64,000 nt of DNA from Sedimentisphaerales bacterium (GCA_963663805.2 CAXXMR010000013.1:448001-512000), one strand, 5' to 3'. Counted from the first letter of the stretch, positions 50,676 to 60,916 are shown. The notes: generated by a model not told the origin, from the letters alone. Numbers and translations: made by a program.

Positions 50676-52526
50676 TTACCACGGCAGGGCGGAGAGGTCC
50701 ATCTGATTGGCGAGCTGCATGGTTTCAGGGGAAGTATTATCGGCATCGTCGGACGTTTCGGGCAGGGGGTCCAGTTCTATGGGTGTGACAGGTTCGGGTT
50801 CGGGCAGTGTGGGCAGTTCGTCCTGTGTCTGGATAATATTTTTGAGGAAATTTTTCATGCTGGTATAGTCGGCGGCGTAGATCTTGCGGGCACTAAGCTC
50901 GTCGCGTAAGTTGATGGCATCGAGGAATGCGGGGCTGATATTGGCGGCCATTTTAGCGTTTTTGAGGGCTTCGTCGGGTTGGCCGGCATCTTTGAGTTCG
51001 CAGGCTTTCTGGTAATAGGAAGCGGCGAGGCGTTCGCGGCCATGCCACTGCATGCCTTCGCGTAGGCCTATCGTGAGGGTATTGATATTTTGCATAACAT
51101 CGTCAGCGGCGGCATAGTCGATCTTTTCCTTGATGATGTGCGGGGTAATCAGGAAGATAACTTCTTCCTTAATATTGTTGTCGGACGTGCTGCGGAAAAG
51201 ATTGCCGAGCAGGGGCAGATTGCCGGCACCGGGGACCTGAGAGCGGTTAAGCTCGGTACGTTCACGGAACAAGCCGCCGATAACGATAGTACGGCCGTCC
51301 TTGACAAGAACGTTGGTGGTGACTTCGGCGGTGGTTTCGCTGGGCAAAGTAAAATTACCGGAAACCGTTACGCCACCGTCGGAATCTTTGGGGTTGAGTT
51401 CCATGCGGATGAAGCCATCCTGCATAACGAAAGGACGAAAACTTAACTGAGTACCGGTTTCGAGGAACTCTACGGTCTGGGTGGCAGTGGTCTGGGAAAC
51501 TTCGGTGGTGATGTAGCCGTCACGCTTACCGACGATGACCTTGGCGGGCTGACGGTTTAGGGTCAGGACTTTGGGATTGCCGAGAGTCACGACGTCGGTG
51601 GTGCTTTCGAGTGCTTCGATAAAGATACCAATGTTGCTCTTGACGACACCGATCGACAGGCCGCCGCCAGTAAGGTTGGTATTGAATCCGGTTCCGGCAC
51701 TAGTGCTGGTTCCGCTGAGATTGACGTTGGTTGCGTCGCCGGGGTGGAACAGGCCGTTGCTGGCCTGGAAATCGACACCGCCGAGGACATTGAAATCAAC
51801 GCCAAGTTCGTTCTGGTCATCGACGCGGGCCACGAGAATGGTAGCTTCGATGAGAACCTGGGGCGGTCGGACATCTACGCTTTTGATTAGTTTGGCGACG
51901 CTCTCGATGTTTTCGGGGAAGTCAACCACGACCATAAAATTGTTACCAGCCCAGTTTTCGCCGGAAGATTTGTCGCTGGAAGCTTCGGGGGTGGTGGTAA
52001 TTTGACCTTCGGCGCTGAGCAGGGGGACTATAAGACTGCTGAGGTCGGCGGCGGGGATGTAATTAAGCTGGAACGCACGCGAAACGGTCCGGCGAGCGGC
52101 TTTCTGAATGTCGGTGAGTTCCTGAGCGGTATAAACATAGATAAAGTTGCCCTTTTCCTCGTAGGCGAAGCCGTTGGTGGTAAGTACCGCGTCGAGTACT
52201 TCTTTGCAGGTCACATCGAAGAGACTGACGACAATCTGTCCTCGGACACTCTGAGAGGGCACGATGTTTTTATCGCAGGTGAATCCGAAAATCTTGAGGA
52301 AGTCGGTTATTTCACCTTTGTGGGTAACCGAAGGGATTACACCTTCGGCATCGGGTGGAGCGATGGCGGTTGTGGAAACGGGCTGGGCCTGGCTGGGGGT
52401 TACTTCAATGGGTTGGTCAGCGTCGGTTTCGAGAGTTTCGGTGAGTTCCTGAGCAAAGACGCCGGAGTTGATAAAGAATAAAGTTAGCAAAGCAATAAAA
52501 GATTTGTTTTTAAGCAGATTAGTCAT
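50676..52526 (-). CDS. Secretin (PilQ/GspD family) with a C-terminal TPR-like extension
   Basis: Signal peptide, N0/N3-like domains, PQVLIEATI, P.VLTLN.QPA, V.VKDG.TIVIGGL, LPLLGNLFRS, FLITPHI. Confidence 0.92.
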   Translation of the reverse strand: MTNLLKNKSFIALLTLFFINSGVFAQELTETLETDADQPIEVTPSQAQPVSTTAIAPPDAEGVIPSVTHKGEITDFLKIFGFTCDKNIVPSQSVRGQIVVSLFDVTCKEVLDAVLTTNGFAYEEKGNFIYVYTAQELTDIQKAARRTVSRAFQLNYIPAADLSSLIVPLLSAEGQITTTPEASSDKSSGENWAGNNFMVVVDFPENIESVAKLIKSVDVRPPQVLIEATILVARVDDQNELGVDFNVLGGVDFQASNGLFHPGDATNVNLSGTSTSAGTGFNTNLTGGGLSIGVVKSNIGIFIEALESTTDVVTLGNPKVLTLNRQPAKVIVGKRDGYITTEVSQTTATQTVEFLETGTQLSFRPFVMQDGFIRMELNPKDSDGGVTVSGNFTLPSETTAEVTTNVLVKDGRTIVIGGLFRERTELNRSQVPGAGNLPLLGNLFRSTSDNNIKEEVIFLITPHIIKEKIDYAAADDVMQNINTLTIGLREGMQWHGRERLAASYYQKACELKDAGQPDEALKNAKMAANISPAFLDAINLRDELSARKIYAADYTSMKNFLKNIIQTQDELPTLPEPEPVTPIELDPLPETSDDADNTSPETMQLANQMDLSALPW

Positions 52527-52563
52527 TTTGGACCTCGTTCAGGGAGGAGAGAGTAGTTTTATC

Positions 52564-53118
52564 TCAGTTTTCCGTGATGGTTACTTTTCCACTGATGGGC
52601 TCTATCGAAATAGTAACGGTTGATTGGGAATTCTGAGCCGAGAGGGTAACACTGCCGACATTGAGGGGCATGGGTGAGGCAATATCACCGGCATAGGGCG
52701 AGCCGAGTCGGTCAAACCAGAGAGAGTTCTGGCTGTCGAACCCGGCAGAATCGATATTAACAAGTTTCATATCGGGGTCAGAGGAGAAATCAACCCGGTA
52801 CAAATACGGGGTTGGGTCGGCAGTGCCTGAGGGCATTTTATTGATAGGGTCATAGAGGGTTACTCCGTTCTGGTCTTGAATCTCATAGGTCTGAGCGTCG
52901 GTATCGAAAACGATTTGTACGGGCTGCTGGGTGGCGATGGCGAGGGTCTGGGCATACATGAGGGCTGAGGCCAACTGCGAGGTCGCGGTGGTCAACTGCA
53001 TCTGGCTGTTACCGCTGAGCATGGGGACGATGACCGCGGCGGCAATGCCGAGAATCATCAGGACCACAAGCATCTCAACAAGAGTAAAAGCCTGGTTTTT
53101 TTTATCGACGTTTATCAT
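52564..53118 (-). CDS. Minor pilin, FimT/GspH-like
   Basis: A|FTLVEMLVV, LASALMYAQ.LAI, FD.LG.P, I.P.SGKV. Confidence 0.85.
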   Translation of the reverse strand: MINVDKKNQAFTLVEMLVVLMILGIAAAVIVPMLSGNSQMQLTTATSQLASALMYAQTLAIATQQPVQIVFDTDAQTYEIQDQNGVTLYDPINKMPSGTADPTPYLYRVDFSSDPDMKLVNIDSAGFDSQNSLWFDRLGSPYAGDIASPMPLNVGSVTLSAQNSQSTVTISIEPISGKVTITEN

Positions 53119-53126
53119 GAGATTTT

Positions 53127-53393
53127 CTATCGAGAGGATTTGGTTTTGGGGTCTATGATTTGAACTTTTACCTGGCCGGAAGCGAGTAGGTTGTTCATTT
53201 CGTTGACACTATTATTGAGGGTGCGTACTTCTATAATAAGTTCGTTTAGCTGTTGGCCGGAATCGGGGATGGCGGCCTGGGCAGTCGAAACGGTTGAAGG
53301 AGCCTGGCACCAGAGGTTGATACTGACAATGGTCAGCAGAACCGTAAGTGCGGTAAGAATAAAACGTGTGTAATTGTCGAGACTGACTTTCAT
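53127..53393 (-). CDS. Small hypothetical membrane/coiled-coil protein in the pilin operon
   Basis: 88 aa with an N-terminal TM, tightly spaced between two pilin genes. Confidence 0.7.
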   Translation of the reverse strand: MKVSLDNYTRFILTALTVLLTIVSINLWCQAPSTVSTAQAAIPDSGQQLNELIIEVRTLNNSVNEMNNLLASGQVKVQIIDPKTKSSR

Positions 53394-53409
53394 ATTTTTA
53401 TTTCCGTTA

Positions 53410-53925
53410 TTAATAGTCGTAATAGGCTTCGCTGTTTTTATCCACGCCGGTGAGGTCGGCCTTAAAGATCCCGTCGAGTGGTTTGTAAATCCAGCCGTGC
53501 GTATCAGCCGGGCCGGGCAGGGCAGCGCCGTCGGCGACGATATTAATGGTATCGAGGCCGTTGAGGGGGTTTTCGGGGATTTTGCTCAGATAAGGCCCGA
53601 ATGGATAATCAGCAGTGCCGACATTGTTGACCGTACCCAGAGCGTCAGTAAATTTGGTCATCTGGTCAGTAAAAGAAGCGGCGTCAGGTGTACCAGAGGC
53701 ATCGTATCCGGGCGCTTCATCCACATGCTGAGCAGAATAAGTCTGAATCTGGGTACGCATGATACGGAGATTTTCGCGTAACATGCTTTCTTTGGTCTGA
53801 TTGGTGGCATCGCTGAACTGGGGCAGGGAAATCGCGGCAAGGATACTTATTATCACGACCACGATGAGAATTTCGACGAGCGTAAACGCGGCAGGTCGAT
53901 TTTTGTATGCAGGGCAGAGTTTCAT
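53410..53925 (-). CDS. Type IV pilin / GspG-like pseudopilin (paralog 2)
   Basis: A|FTLVEILIVVVII, GPYL..IP.NP. Confidence 0.88.
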   Translation of the reverse strand: MKLCPAYKNRPAAFTLVEILIVVVIISILAAISLPQFSDATNQTKESMLRENLRIMRTQIQTYSAQHVDEAPGYDASGTPDAASFTDQMTKFTDALGTVNNVGTADYPFGPYLSKIPENPLNGLDTINIVADGAALPGPADTHGWIYKPLDGIFKADLTGVDKNSEAYYDY

Positions 53926-53960
53926 AACGAATACTCCTGTTTATTCCCCAGGGGGCGGGG

Positions 53961-53995
53961 AAAAATGCGGCCCGACAACAGATGTGCCGGGCCGC
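53961..53995 (-). terminator. Intrinsic terminator/attenuator after the first pilin gene
   Basis: Stem GCGGCCCG/CGGGCCGC followed by ATTTTT on the minus strand. Confidence 0.65.
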
Positions 53996-54031
53996 CATGA
54001 GCTAAGATACTAACAGCTTAGGTACGAGGTA

Positions 54032-54484
54032 TTATCCGCCGAGATGGTCAGAATGACCGCTGGTAATCGCACCGGTAGTGGTATCGACTTCCCAGTCAAC
54101 CGAGCCATCGTTAGCAGCGGCAGCGCCAAAGACCACAGGGTCATTGCTGCACCAGGGATTACCGGGAACTTCCTGCATATAAGGTCCAAGCGTACCGCCG
54201 GCAGCGCCGTCGGCATCGGTCTTGGCGATCAGACGGGCTTCGATATTAGCAGCAGTATCAATGCCGCCGGAGCCGTCATCCCAGGGATAGGTATCATTAT
54301 GCTGAACCTTATAAAGCTCGAACTGGGAGCGTAAGGTTTGCATATTGCTGACCAGTGACGAATCTTTGGCACTGGTCGAGGCGTCGGTAAACTGCGGAAT
54401 GACAATGGCCGCGAGGATACCTAAAATGATAACCACGATAAGAATTTCCACGAGAGTAAAACCACTGTTTTTGCGAATCTTCAT
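54032..54484 (-). CDS. Type IV pilin / GspG-like, probable major pilin
   Basis: MKIRKNSG|FTLVEILIVVIILGILAAIVIPQF, GPYM..VP.NP, a strong GGAGG RBS and a downstream terminator. Confidence 0.9.
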   Translation of the reverse strand: MKIRKNSGFTLVEILIVVIILGILAAIVIPQFTDASTSAKDSSLVSNMQTLRSQFELYKVQHNDTYPWDDGSGGIDTAANIEARLIAKTDADGAAGGTLGPYMQEVPGNPWCSNDPVVFGAAAANDGSVDWEVDTTTGAITSGHSDHLGG

Positions 54485-54970
54485 CAAAATAACCTCCGGT
54501 GTCATAAGACACCTTCCAATTAAAAAATTTCTACACATTAAACACTTGAAAAAGATTCCTAATCTTTTATTATCCTGTCCGGTCGCCAAGAAATAACCTT
54601 CAAGGAATTAACGCCGCTAAAAATCCTCACTTTCGTTACGGCAGATTCGTTTTGGTCAATACCGGAGTAAATCTAAAATTCAAAACGGGAGAAAGCAAAA
54701 AAAGACAACTCATTTTTCCCGCCTTTTCTGTCTTTTCCATCTTATTGCCATTGTCTGACCGTTACAATCGTTACAGCTTTACAGGCTGATCGGGTTTGGG
54801 GGCTGATAACCGGGCAAGAACCAGGATTTGAGAAGAAAAACGGCAGAGTAGTTTGCCCGGTGTTAATCTGTATCTTATAGTTGGGTGGTTAAAATACGGA
54901 AGCTGGGCAAACAGGAAGAATGGCTTTCTGTACGCATATATAAGGTAGAAAATCAGACAACTGTTAGCAT

Positions 54971-55981
54971 ATGTTGAATTTATTCAAAAAACATGATTAC
55001 CCCATCGCCCTGGATTTGGGCAGTTCCTCATTAAAGATGGTTCAGTTGGGCCGAGGAGGCGGAACTCTGAACTTGCAGGCTGCCGCTATATCTGAGGTTC
55101 CAGAAGATGTTCGCGGGAATCTAAAGTCCCGGATGAAATGGACTGTTCATCAGGTAAAAAGCATGCTGGGTTTCAAACCTTTCCGGGGTCGCAAGTTTGT
55201 GACGTGCCTGCCGAGCAGTGAGCTGTTGATTCAGCATCTGCGTATGCCGAAGATGAAACCGGAGCAGTTAAGTAAGGCGCTGGCGGTGGAAGCTCAGGAA
55301 AAACTGCCGTCGGAAATGGCAGGTGCGACTTTGCGTCATATCGTTGCTGGTGAAGTTTATGAGGGTGAAGAATGTAAACAGGAAATTATTCTTTTGGCGG
55401 CAAGTCCGGCACTGGTTCAGCAGCATTTATATTTGATAGAACAGACCAAAATTGAAATCGCGGCGATAAGCGTTGAAGCCCAGGCCCTGATAAACGCGTT
55501 TGGCAATGATGAAACTCAGCTTTTGATTGATATGGGACATACTGGCACCAAAGTGATTGTCAGTCAGGGTCGGCAGGTAAGTTTCTGTCGTAATATTGAT
55601 ATTGCGGGGGTACATATGGCCCGGCCTGAGCCGGTGGGTGCGGTTAATGAGATTCAATTTTCGGACAATGGCGATTTATGCAGTGTGGCCGCGGATGGTG
55701 AACAGTTACTAAGTCGTCTGGCGGGTGAAGTTCGCGGCTGTGTGCAGTATCATGACATGGTTTTTCCGGAACGTCCGGTAGAACGCGTGGTTTTTTCAGG
55801 AGGATTGGCAAATGACACAGCGTTTTGTCAGCAGTTGGCTCGTAAAATTGGTTTGCCGGCCCAGTTGGGTGACCCAAGCGGCAATATAAACCCGGCAACC
55901 CGCAGCGGCAAGCATAGTGATTTGGAGCCGAGCGGTTCGAATGCCCAATGGGCGGTGGCTTTGGGTCTGGCGCAATTATGA
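54971..55981 (+). CDS. pilM: Type IV pilus assembly protein PilM-like
   Basis: Actin-fold motifs IALDLGSSSLKMVQL, LIDMG..GT, FSGG.A, AVALGLA. Confidence 0.85.
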   Translation: MLNLFKKHDYPIALDLGSSSLKMVQLGRGGGTLNLQAAAISEVPEDVRGNLKSRMKWTVHQVKSMLGFKPFRGRKFVTCLPSSELLIQHLRMPKMKPEQLSKALAVEAQEKLPSEMAGATLRHIVAGEVYEGEECKQEIILLAASPALVQQHLYLIEQTKIEIAAISVEAQALINAFGNDETQLLIDMGHTGTKVIVSQGRQVSFCRNIDIAGVHMARPEPVGAVNEIQFSDNGDLCSVAADGEQLLSRLAGEVRGCVQYHDMVFPERPVERVVFSGGLANDTAFCQQLARKIGLPAQLGDPSGNINPATRSGKHSDLEPSGSNAQWAVALGLAQL

Positions 55982-56009
55982 ATAATGAATGGGGTTTTAA
56001 GGTTTTACC

Positions 56010-56720
56010 ATGAACGATAAACTTAATTTTTTGCCGGCTGATTATCTGGAGCGTAAATCTCAGCAGCAGACAAACATTTTTTGTCTGTTTTTGTTTGTGC
56101 TGGTTATAGGTGGGGTCGGGGCTGGTTATTACTATACTCAGGGTCAGGTCAAGGCGATGAGCGTAAAGACTCAGGCGGTCAACAAGGAGATGGCCCGGGC
56201 CAGTGAAACACTCAATCAGCTGGAGTTATTGGAAAAACGCAAGGAACAGATGATGAGCAAGGCTGCTATAAGTGCGATGCTGATGGAGCCGGTGCCGCGA
56301 ACTCTGCTGCTGGCGTTAATGACGAATGAACTTCCGGCGGGAGTATCGCTGACGAAATACACATTGGAGACCAACGAAGTGGTGGTCAAAAATCCTCGGG
56401 TGGAGGCCCTGAAAAAGAAAAAGAAACTGAATAAAAAAGAAAAAGAAGAACTCGATCAGTTGAGCATGGTGCCCAATCGTCTGGATACCAGCATTGAGAT
56501 AACGGGTTTGGCGCGTACGGACCTGGAGGTTGCTCAGTTGATTGACGGTTTGAGTAAGGCCTCTCTGTTTGACAAGGTTGATTTAAATTACTCCGAGGAG
56601 CATGAATTTGAAAATCAGATAATGCGTCGCTATCAACTGCGTTTGAAGCTTCATCCGGAAGCGCGGGCCAGCCATAGTGATGTAGAGATGGCCCGGCGGT
56701 CGCATGTAAGCGGTATGTAA
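56010..56720 (+). CDS. pilN: PilN-like protein
   Basis: N-terminal LNFLP motif, TM, coiled coil, LP.GV.LT, ITG.A. Confidence 0.85.
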   Translation: MNDKLNFLPADYLERKSQQQTNIFCLFLFVLVIGGVGAGYYYTQGQVKAMSVKTQAVNKEMARASETLNQLELLEKRKEQMMSKAAISAMLMEPVPRTLLLALMTNELPAGVSLTKYTLETNEVVVKNPRVEALKKKKKLNKKEKEELDQLSMVPNRLDTSIEITGLARTDLEVAQLIDGLSKASLFDKVDLNYSEEHEFENQIMRRYQLRLKLHPEARASHSDVEMARRSHVSGM

Positions 56721-56759
56721 AAGAACATTGATAAATGTCCAAATATAAGTGAGACATAT

Positions 56760-57308
56760 ATGAAATTTGGTTCAAAAGAATTGCTGTTCATAGTTCTGTT
56801 AGCGGGTATTCCGGTAGGTGGGTATTTCTGGGTTTATAAACCGGCTCAGGAAAATATTAAATATCAGCAGGAGGATATTCAGAACAAACGGGTCAAGCTG
56901 GATAATCTTCAGGTCGCCATGGCGGGCATTGAGGATCTGGACTCGGAAGTTGAGACTCTGTCAGAAGCGGTGAATTTTTTCGAGAGCAAGCTGCCGGGCC
57001 AACATGAGGTTCATAAAATTCTCGAACAAGTTACCCGTATCGCTGACGCTCATAATCTGGAGACTCGTCTATTCAAGACAATGAAGGTCAAGCCGCTGGC
57101 TCAATATTGCGAGCAGCCGATTAAAATGGAAGTTTACGGCGATTTTGACAGTTATTATCAGTTTCTGCTGGATATTGAACGTCTGCCGCGCATCACGAAG
57201 ATTCGCGAAATGAAGCTGGAGAAGGACACCAAGAACGAGGGGGCCATGAACGCTACTTTTGTGCTGAGTATTTTCTTTGATAATCAAACGAGCGGTCAGC
57301 AGGTCTGA
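56760..57308 (+). CDS. pilO: PilO-like protein
   Basis: TM, coiled coil, KLP...E, G.F...YQFL..IERLPRI. Confidence 0.88.
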   Translation: MKFGSKELLFIVLLAGIPVGGYFWVYKPAQENIKYQQEDIQNKRVKLDNLQVAMAGIEDLDSEVETLSEAVNFFESKLPGQHEVHKILEQVTRIADAHNLETRLFKTMKVKPLAQYCEQPIKMEVYGDFDSYYQFLLDIERLPRITKIREMKLEKDTKNEGAMNATFVLSIFFDNQTSGQQV

Positions 57309-57334
57309 GAACGCTAATAAGTGGAGAAATTATT

Positions 57335-58003
57335 TTGAACGATATAAACAATATGCTAAACGGAATGGGTCAGGGTTCCGCGGACCAAACGTCCGGCGTG
57401 TCGGTTAACCCGATGGCTAATCTTGACATGAACAGCAGTCAATTCTGCGTGGCGGCGGAAAAGCCCAAAAATCATACCGGCATGATTCTGCTGGCAACGT
57501 GCGTGGCGGCGGTCGGGGTGGTGTATGTGCTGGGCCTGAGCCAGAAGCCCAAAGAAGATTCAGCGGAAGTGTCGGCGTATGAGACGCAGGTTGACACGGC
57601 GTTAGCGAAGCTGGTGGATAAGCAAAAAAACTCTGATACGCAAGAGCTTATCAGTGACGCGGGGAAAATGGTGGAAATGTTCTATCAGTTTCCGGTAGCT
57701 CAGCAGGTTGAGGTTGACAAACTTCAGAAAAACCCATTCTCGCTGACCACCAAGGCTGAAGCGAAACTTGCGGCGATACAGGCGGCCAAGCCACGTCAGC
57801 AGATAGAAAAAGAGCTTACCCATCAGGCAAGCACTTTTCACCTGCAATCGATTCTGGATAAGCCGACCGGGGCAAAATGTCTGATTAACGGTGAAGTTTT
57901 CGGCGAAGGCAGCAAGGTGAACAAACAGTTTGAGGTCAAGACCATCGAACGCGACAAGGTGATTTTGATTGCCGAAGATATGGAATTCGTATTGCGGATA
58001 TAA
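57335..58003 (+). CDS. PilP/GspB-position membrane protein
   Basis: TM, NPF motif and a C-terminal LQSI....CLING....G..V....V..IE..V domain; follows pilO. Confidence 0.65.
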   Translation: MNDINNMLNGMGQGSADQTSGVSVNPMANLDMNSSQFCVAAEKPKNHTGMILLATCVAAVGVVYVLGLSQKPKEDSAEVSAYETQVDTALAKLVDKQKNSDTQELISDAGKMVEMFYQFPVAQQVEVDKLQKNPFSLTTKAEAKLAAIQAAKPRQQIEKELTHQASTFHLQSILDKPTGAKCLINGEVFGEGSKVNKQFEVKTIERDKVILIAEDMEFVLRI

Positions 58004-58007
58004 TAAA

Positions 58008-59819
58008 GTGAATAACAAACTATCAAACAGCTGGGGGATTGGCAATAAGGTCAACGCTGATTCTGACGGGCATGTCAGTAATCTTCAGGAACTCTGGCAT
58101 CCGGATGAGCAGAGCGAATCTGCGGTGGTTTTGACGCTGGAAGATCGCATCTGTCAGCGGGCGAATCTGAGTTATCAGCAACTGGAACAGGCGCGGGCTG
58201 AGCATGAGAAAGCTCCGCGTAAGCGGCTGGGTCAGATTCTGCTGGATATGGGTCTGGTTCAGGAAGAAGATTTGCTGGCGTGTCTGGCGGAGCAGTACGG
58301 GCTGCCGTTTATCCGGCTGGAACGCAGTCAGGTGAACGTTCAGGCGTTGGAAAATCTGGACCGTAATTTCGCGGCAAGCAAAAATGTTTTGCCGTTCGGG
58401 ATGGAAGGCCAAAGCGTCAAGGTCGCGATTGCCGACCCGACGAATATTTTTCTGATTGACGAAATCAAACGGAAAATCAAGTATCCGGTGAGTATTTATG
58501 TTTGCCCGTCGGTGGACCTTCAAAATATTCTGGCGGAGTTTGGCGACAATAGTGCCAATTATCAGGTTGATGACTTCATTGAGGATGTCGATGCCAGCGA
58601 TGTTGAGCTGATTGATACTACTGAAGAAGATATTGCCGACCTGGAAAAAGCCGCCGGCGATTCGCCCATCATCAAGTTTGTTAATTACATCATGGTCAAG
58701 GCCATCAGCGAAGGCGCTTCGGATTTACATATCGAGCCGCAGGAAAAAAAGATGCGGGTACGCTGTCGTATTGACGGCATTCTGTTTGAGATGATTACGC
58801 CGCCTCAGCATATGCACTCGGCGGTGGTTTCGCGTATCAAAATCATGGCTAATCTGGATATTTCCGAACGTCGTCTGCCGCAGGACGGTCGAATTTGTGT
58901 GATGATTCATGGTCGCAACGTGGATATGCGTGTATCGACGCTGCCGACATCGTTTGGCGAAAAGGTGGTTATTCGGGTACTCGACGTGGGGCGAACTCAG
59001 TTATCGCTGTCTGACCTGGGTCTGGCAGACGACACTTTGACAATTCTGGACAATCAGGTTCATCGTCCGCACGGTATTGTGCTGGTGACCGGCCCGACCG
59101 GTTCGGGTAAGAGTACCACGCTTTATGGCGCGTTGCGGACCATGGACCTGGAAAAACAGAATATTTCTACTGTAGAAGACCCTGTTGAATATCAGCTCGA
59201 CGGTGTGACTCAGGTGCAGGTACATGAGCGTATCGGCATGACATTTTCCGCGGCGTTGCGTTCGCTGCTGCGTCAGGACCCGGATGTGATCATGGTGGGT
59301 GAGATTCGCGACGGCGAAACCGCGAAAATTGCGATTCAGGCATCTTTGACAGGCCATTTGGTGCTTTCCACTTTGCATACCAACGATGCGCCGAGCAGTA
59401 TTACACGTCTGATAAATATCGGGGTTGAATCTTATCTTATCGCGGCATCTTTGAACGCGGTACTGGCTCAGCGTTTGGCTCGTAAGATTTGCCGGCACTG
59501 CAAAGTGCCTTATGAACCTTCGGCGGAACATGCCGGTTTTATGAAACTTTATGGTTTTACCAGCGATAATATGTCGCGAGGGGTGGGCTGTGAAGTTTGC
59601 CGGAATACTGGTTATCAGGGGCGGGTCGGTCTTTATGAACTGCTGGCAATTGACGACACTTATCGTGATATTATCACGAAAAATCCTACCGTAACGGAAC
59701 TTCGCCGCATCTGCAAAGAACGCGGTATGGTCAGCCTGCGTGACGACGGCTTCCGTAAAGTCCAGGCCCAGTTGACTACCATTGAGGAGGTCATGCGTGT
59801 AACTGAGGCGACAGTATAA
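58008..59819 (+). CDS. pilB: PilB/GspE assembly ATPase with MshEN-type N-terminus (start uncertain)
   Basis: ASDLHIEP, RRLPQDGR, TGPTGSGKST, LRQDPD, TGHLVLSTLH, Zn motif CRHC/CEVC. Confidence 0.93.
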   Translation: MNNKLSNSWGIGNKVNADSDGHVSNLQELWHPDEQSESAVVLTLEDRICQRANLSYQQLEQARAEHEKAPRKRLGQILLDMGLVQEEDLLACLAEQYGLPFIRLERSQVNVQALENLDRNFAASKNVLPFGMEGQSVKVAIADPTNIFLIDEIKRKIKYPVSIYVCPSVDLQNILAEFGDNSANYQVDDFIEDVDASDVELIDTTEEDIADLEKAAGDSPIIKFVNYIMVKAISEGASDLHIEPQEKKMRVRCRIDGILFEMITPPQHMHSAVVSRIKIMANLDISERRLPQDGRICVMIHGRNVDMRVSTLPTSFGEKVVIRVLDVGRTQLSLSDLGLADDTLTILDNQVHRPHGIVLVTGPTGSGKSTTLYGALRTMDLEKQNISTVEDPVEYQLDGVTQVQVHERIGMTFSAALRSLLRQDPDVIMVGEIRDGETAKIAIQASLTGHLVLSTLHTNDAPSSITRLINIGVESYLIAASLNAVLAQRLARKICRHCKVPYEPSAEHAGFMKLYGFTSDNMSRGVGCEVCRNTGYQGRVGLYELLAIDDTYRDIITKNPTVTELRRICKERGMVSLRDDGFRKVQAQLTTIEEVMRVTEATV

Positions 59820-59857
59820 AAATCAGCCCGCGGCTGAATAATAAACGGAGAACTGCA

Positions 59858-60916
59858 ATGTCGGTTTTACAGGAATTATTGACTCTGGCGATAGAATGCG
59901 GGGCGTCTGACGTGCATATCATGGTTGGGTCACGGCCTTTGATACGTATGCACACGATAATGAAGGAGACGGACTTTGGACCGGTAACTTCTCAGGCGGC
60001 TGAAGAAATGGTACGGGAGATGGTTTCCGAGCATCGGTTCAATGAATTTCTGACGAGGCGGGACGCTGACTTTTCGGCGGAAGTGTCTGGCAAGGGGCGT
60101 TTTCGTGTCAATGCCCATTTTCAGCGGGGCACCATCGCGATTGCCTTCCGGGCGATTCAGGAAAAAGTGCCCGAACTGAGCAAACTCAATCTGCCCGAGG
60201 CGGTGACTAAGCTTACCGATTTAGCCCGCGGGCTGGTGCTGGTAACGGGTGATACCGGTTCGGGTAAGAGTACGACGATGGCCAGCATGATTAACAACAT
60301 GAACAAAAAGTATCAGAAGCATATTATTACGCTGGAAGACCCGGTTGAGTATGTGCTGACCAGTGACAAATGCGCCATTGAACAGCGAGAAATTGGCGAA
60401 GACTGTCCTACTTTTTCGTCGGGGCTGCGTCATGCGTTACGTCAGGACCCGGATGTGATTCTGGTGGGCGAAATGCGCGATTTGGAGACTACCTCGGCGG
60501 CGATTACCTCGGCGGAGACCGGTCATTTGGTTTTAAGTACGCTGCATACGATGAACGCTTCGCAGACGATTGAGCGTATTATTGATATTTATCCGGAAGG
60601 TCAGCAGAATCAGGTACGGTCGATGCTGGCCAATACTCTTCAGGCTGTTATCAGTCAGGTGCTGTTCAAACGTGAGGACCAGCCAGGCATGATTCCCGCG
60701 GTTGAGATGATGCTTTGTACGCCAGCGGTGCGAAACTGTATTCGTGAAAACCGCATTTTCGAAATTCCCAACGTAATCGAAACTTCGCGCGGGCTGGGTA
60801 TGCAGACGCTGGATTATTGCATCGCTCAGCTTTGCTATAACGGCCATATATCACGCGAAGACGCGTTAGCACACGCATCGTATCCGGACAAACTGGCCCG
60901 GGCACTTTGTGCGTAA
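59858..60916 (+). CDS. pilT: PilT retraction ATPase
   Basis: ASDVH, GRFRVN, TGDTGSGKSTT, LRQDPDVILVGEMRD, and AVRNCIRE as the AIRNLIRE equivalent. Confidence 0.93.
   Translation: MSVLQELLTLAIECGASDVHIMVGSRPLIRMHTIMKETDFGPVTSQAAEEMVREMVSEHRFNEFLTRRDADFSAEVSGKGRFRVNAHFQRGTIAIAFRAIQEKVPELSKLNLPEAVTKLTDLARGLVLVTGDTGSGKSTTMASMINNMNKKYQKHIITLEDPVEYVLTSDKCAIEQREIGEDCPTFSSGLRHALRQDPDVILVGEMRDLETTSAAITSAETGHLVLSTLHTMNASQTIERIIDIYPEGQQNQVRSMLANTLQAVISQVLFKREDQPGMIPAVEMMLCTPAVRNCIRENRIFEIPNVIETSRGLGMQTLDYCIAQLCYNGHISREDALAHASYPDKLARALCA

Noticed and set aside
16374..59836. CAGCCCGCGGCTG found in two intergenic regions (about 16374 and 59824)
   Set aside because: Two copies of a 13-mer mini-hairpin are too little to call an element.
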